From the NCBI GenBank assembly GCA_963677435.1, contig OY781945.1, positions 1,376,001 through 1,440,000 on the forward strand: a stretch of 64,000 nucleotides of DNA, written 5' to 3'. The notes under the pieces were generated by a model. It saw only the letters and a list, made by a program, of their open reading frames with translations, was not told where the DNA came from and did not search any database. Below are positions 61,715 through 64,000 of the stretch, in pieces. How positions within the stretch are numbered: the first letter of the stretch is position 1; each line of letters begins with the position of its first letter. The DNA is from an uncultured Aliarcobacter sp. (GTDB lineage: Bacteria > Campylobacterota > Campylobacteria > Campylobacterales > Arcobacteraceae). The translations under genes were made by a program, and so were the position numbers.

Positions 61715-62905
61715 TTGAATGATATGTTGAATTTAATAGGGCGAACGAAAGAACTTTTTACTAATGATATAAAAGATAATGAAGATGAATTAAAATTAAT
61801 AATATCTTCTTCATCTTTCCTTGTTTTAGGAGGAGCAGGTTCAATCGGACAAGCTGTTACAAAAGAGATTTTTAAGAGAAGTCCAAAAAAACTTGATGTT
61901 ATAGATATAAGCGAAAATAATATGGTTGAGTTAGTTAGGGATATTAGAAGTAGTTTTGGATATATAGATGGAAAGTTCGCAACTTATATAATAGATGTTG
62001 GTTCTTTAGAGTTTGATATATTTATGGAACAAAATAATTCATATGATTATATACTAAATCTTTCTGCTCTTAAACACGTAAGAAGTGAAAGAGACCCTTT
62101 TACTTTAATGCGAATGGTTGATACAAATATTTTTAATACAGATAAAACACTTTGTCAAGCTATTGAAAAGAAATGTAAGAAATATTTTTGTATAAGTACA
62201 GATAAAGCAGCAAATCCAGTTAATATGATGGGTGCAAGTAAACGTATAATGGAAATGTTTGTAATGAGAAGATCAAAAGAAATCTCTATATCAATGGCAA
62301 GATTTGCAAATGTTGCTTTTAGTGATGGGTCATTGTTAGATGGATTTAATAAGAGGATTCAAAAACAACAGCCCATAGTAGCACCAAATGATATAGAAAG
62401 GTATTTTGTTACACCTCAAGAAAGTGCAGAATTATGTCTTATGAGTTGCATCTTTGGGAATAATAGAGATATTTTTTTCCCAAAATTTGATAAAAATTTA
62501 CATCTTATGAAATTTTCAGATATTGCAGTAAAATATTTAAATAAATTGGGTTATGAACCTTATTTATGTAAGGATGAAGAAGAAGCTAGAAATTTATCTA
62601 AAATTCTACCATCTGAGAAAAAATGGCCTTGTTTATTTACTCAAAGTGATACTACTGGGGAAAAACACTTTGAAGAATTTTATACAAATAAAGAGAGTTT
62701 AGATGTTAATAGATTTGAAAGTATGGGAATAATAAAAAATGAGGCAATTTATGATGATGAAAAATTAAATAATTTTACAGAATCAATAAATAACTTAAAG
62801 AACTCTAGAATATGGGATAAAAAAGATATTCTTAATGAATTTCTTAAATTAATTCCAGATTTTGAACATATAGAAAAGGGAAAATTTCTTGATGAAAAAA
62901 TGTAA
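61715..62905 (+). CDS. NDP-GlcNAc 4,6-dehydratase (LgaA/LegB-like)
   Basis: GGAGSIG, ALKHVR, STDKAANPVNMMGASK, RFANV and TGEK. Confidence 0.8.
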   Translation: MNDMLNLIGRTKELFTNDIKDNEDELKLIISSSSFLVLGGAGSIGQAVTKEIFKRSPKKLDVIDISENNMVELVRDIRSSFGYIDGKFATYIIDVGSLEFDIFMEQNNSYDYILNLSALKHVRSERDPFTLMRMVDTNIFNTDKTLCQAIEKKCKKYFCISTDKAANPVNMMGASKRIMEMFVMRRSKEISISMARFANVAFSDGSLLDGFNKRIQKQQPIVAPNDIERYFVTPQESAELCLMSCIFGNNRDIFFPKFDKNLHLMKFSDIAVKYLNKLGYEPYLCKDEEEARNLSKILPSEKKWPCLFTQSDTTGEKHFEEFYTNKESLDVNRFESMGIIKNEAIYDDEKLNNFTESINNLKNSRIWDKKDILNEFLKLIPDFEHIEKGKFLDEKM

Positions 62906-63668
62906 CTTAAAAATAGTTGCTATTATTCAAGCAAGGTGTGGTTCTACAAGACTAGAAGGTAAAGTTATGAAAAAACTTTACTCATTAAGTTTGTTGGAGC
63001 ATATTATAGAAAGAGTTCAAAATGTTGATTTGATTGATGAGATAATTGTTGCAACAACAATAAATGCAGAAGATGATAAAATTGAAAAGCTTTTTAGAAA
63101 TTCAAAAGTGAAAGTTTTTAGAGGAAGTAAGGATAATGTGCTAGAAAGGTTTTATCTTAGTGCGAATAAATATGAAGCTGATGTAATTGTTAGAATAACA
63201 TCAGATGATCCATTTAAGGATCCTGAGGTAATAAAAAAAGCTTTAGAGTTATTACTAGATAATAATACTCTTGATTATGTAAGTAATACGATAGAACCAA
63301 CTTATCCTGAAGGTATTGATATAGAAGTTTTTACTATGAATGCTTTACATAAAGCTTATACACAAGCACAACTTTTATCTGAGAAAGAACATGTAACTCC
63401 ATATATTTGGAAAAATACTGATAAATTTAATGTTTTAAATTTTAAATATAAAACTAATATTTCAGAAATGAGATGGACGATAGATTATGAAGAAGATTTT
63501 GTTTTTGCAAAAAAAGTATATGAAGAATTGTATCCATTAAAAAAGATTTTTTTAATGGATGATATTTTAAGCCTTATAAAAAATAAAAATATTAAAAATA
63601 CTTCAATGATTGAAAGAAATGAAGGCTACAAAAAATCTTTAAAAGAAGAGGGAAAATGGAAAGAATAG
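62889..63668 (+). CDS. SpsF/PseF-like cytidylyltransferase
   Basis: IIQARCGSTRLEGKV, RITSDDP, EHVTPY and RWTIDYEED. Confidence 0.85.
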   Translation: MMKKCNLKIVAIIQARCGSTRLEGKVMKKLYSLSLLEHIIERVQNVDLIDEIIVATTINAEDDKIEKLFRNSKVKVFRGSKDNVLERFYLSANKYEADVIVRITSDDPFKDPEVIKKALELLLDNNTLDYVSNTIEPTYPEGIDIEVFTMNALHKAYTQAQLLSEKEHVTPYIWKNTDKFNVLNFKYKTNISEMRWTIDYEEDFVFAKKVYEELYPLKKIFLMDDILSLIKNKNIKNTSMIERNEGYKKSLKEEGKWKE

Positions 63669-64000
63669 GTGAATTAGAAAGAAAATATGTATTAGAAGTT
63701 TTAGATACTCAGTTTAGAACATCAAAAGGTGCAGATTTTATGACAAGATTTGAATCTAAATTTGCTGAGGTATTTAATTCAAATTTTGCAATAAGTCATG
63801 TTAATGGAACTGCTACAATGCATTCTGCATTAGAAGCAATGAATATAGGTAATGGAGATGAAGTAATAGTTCCTCCTTTAACAATGTCGAGTACAAGCCT
63901 TGCTGTTCTTCATGCAAATGCTACTCCTGTATTTGCAGATGTAGATTTAGATACATTTTTAATTGATCCAGATAGTATTGAAAAAAATATAACATCAAAA
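63656..64000 (+). CDS. DegT/DnrJ/EryC1/StrS sugar aminotransferase (5' part, runs off window)
   Basis: Translated by hand: MERIGELE...FESKFA...NGTATMHSAL...GDEVIVPPLTM...ATPVFADVD. Confidence 0.9.
   Translation, partial: MERIGELERKYVLEVLDTQFRTSKGADFMTRFESKFAEVFNSNFAISHVNGTATMHSALEAMNIGNGDEVIVPPLTMSSTSLAVLHANATPVFADVDLDTFLIDPDSIEKNITSK

Overview
Very AT-rich chromosomal DNA from a Campylobacterota bacterium, most likely Arcobacteraceae. This is inferred from the oorDABC operon, the msbA-pyrD-M16-dapA-SDR-pgsA-rseP gene order, the desulforubrerythrins and the FRILKGGKI leader motif. About 1-47.8 kb is mostly core genome: OOR, trpC, dapA, pyrD, msbA, murJ, two desulforubrerythrins opposite a PerR/Fur regulator, ybeY, radA, ftsY, rny, rsmD and a CobB-like sirtuin. 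Embedded in it is a three-gene surface module at 28.8-37.6 kb. The module comprises a 2407-aa autotransporter with seven near-identical 273-bp repeats resembling rickettsial OmpA/Sca repeats, a parvulin-like protein lacking both conserved histidines, and an alpha/beta-hydrolase lipoprotein. From about 47.8 kb the DNA looks accessory. It holds an orphan hypothetical gene followed by an inverted repeat, then a tightly coupled four-gene MksBEFG/Wadjet-like SMC + Toprim-nuclease operon (49.3-55.6 kb; candidate anti-plasmid defence). A glycan cluster follows and runs off the end: cysC, rmlCD, manC, gmd, fcl, an LgaA-like dehydratase, a cytidylyltransferase and an aminotransferase. pgsA and the jetB/mksE-like gene are each split by a single missing A in the same GATAAA(A)TG context. 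I saw no tRNA, rRNA, CRISPR array, integrase or transposase. All product calls come from motif recognition by eye, with no database searches.
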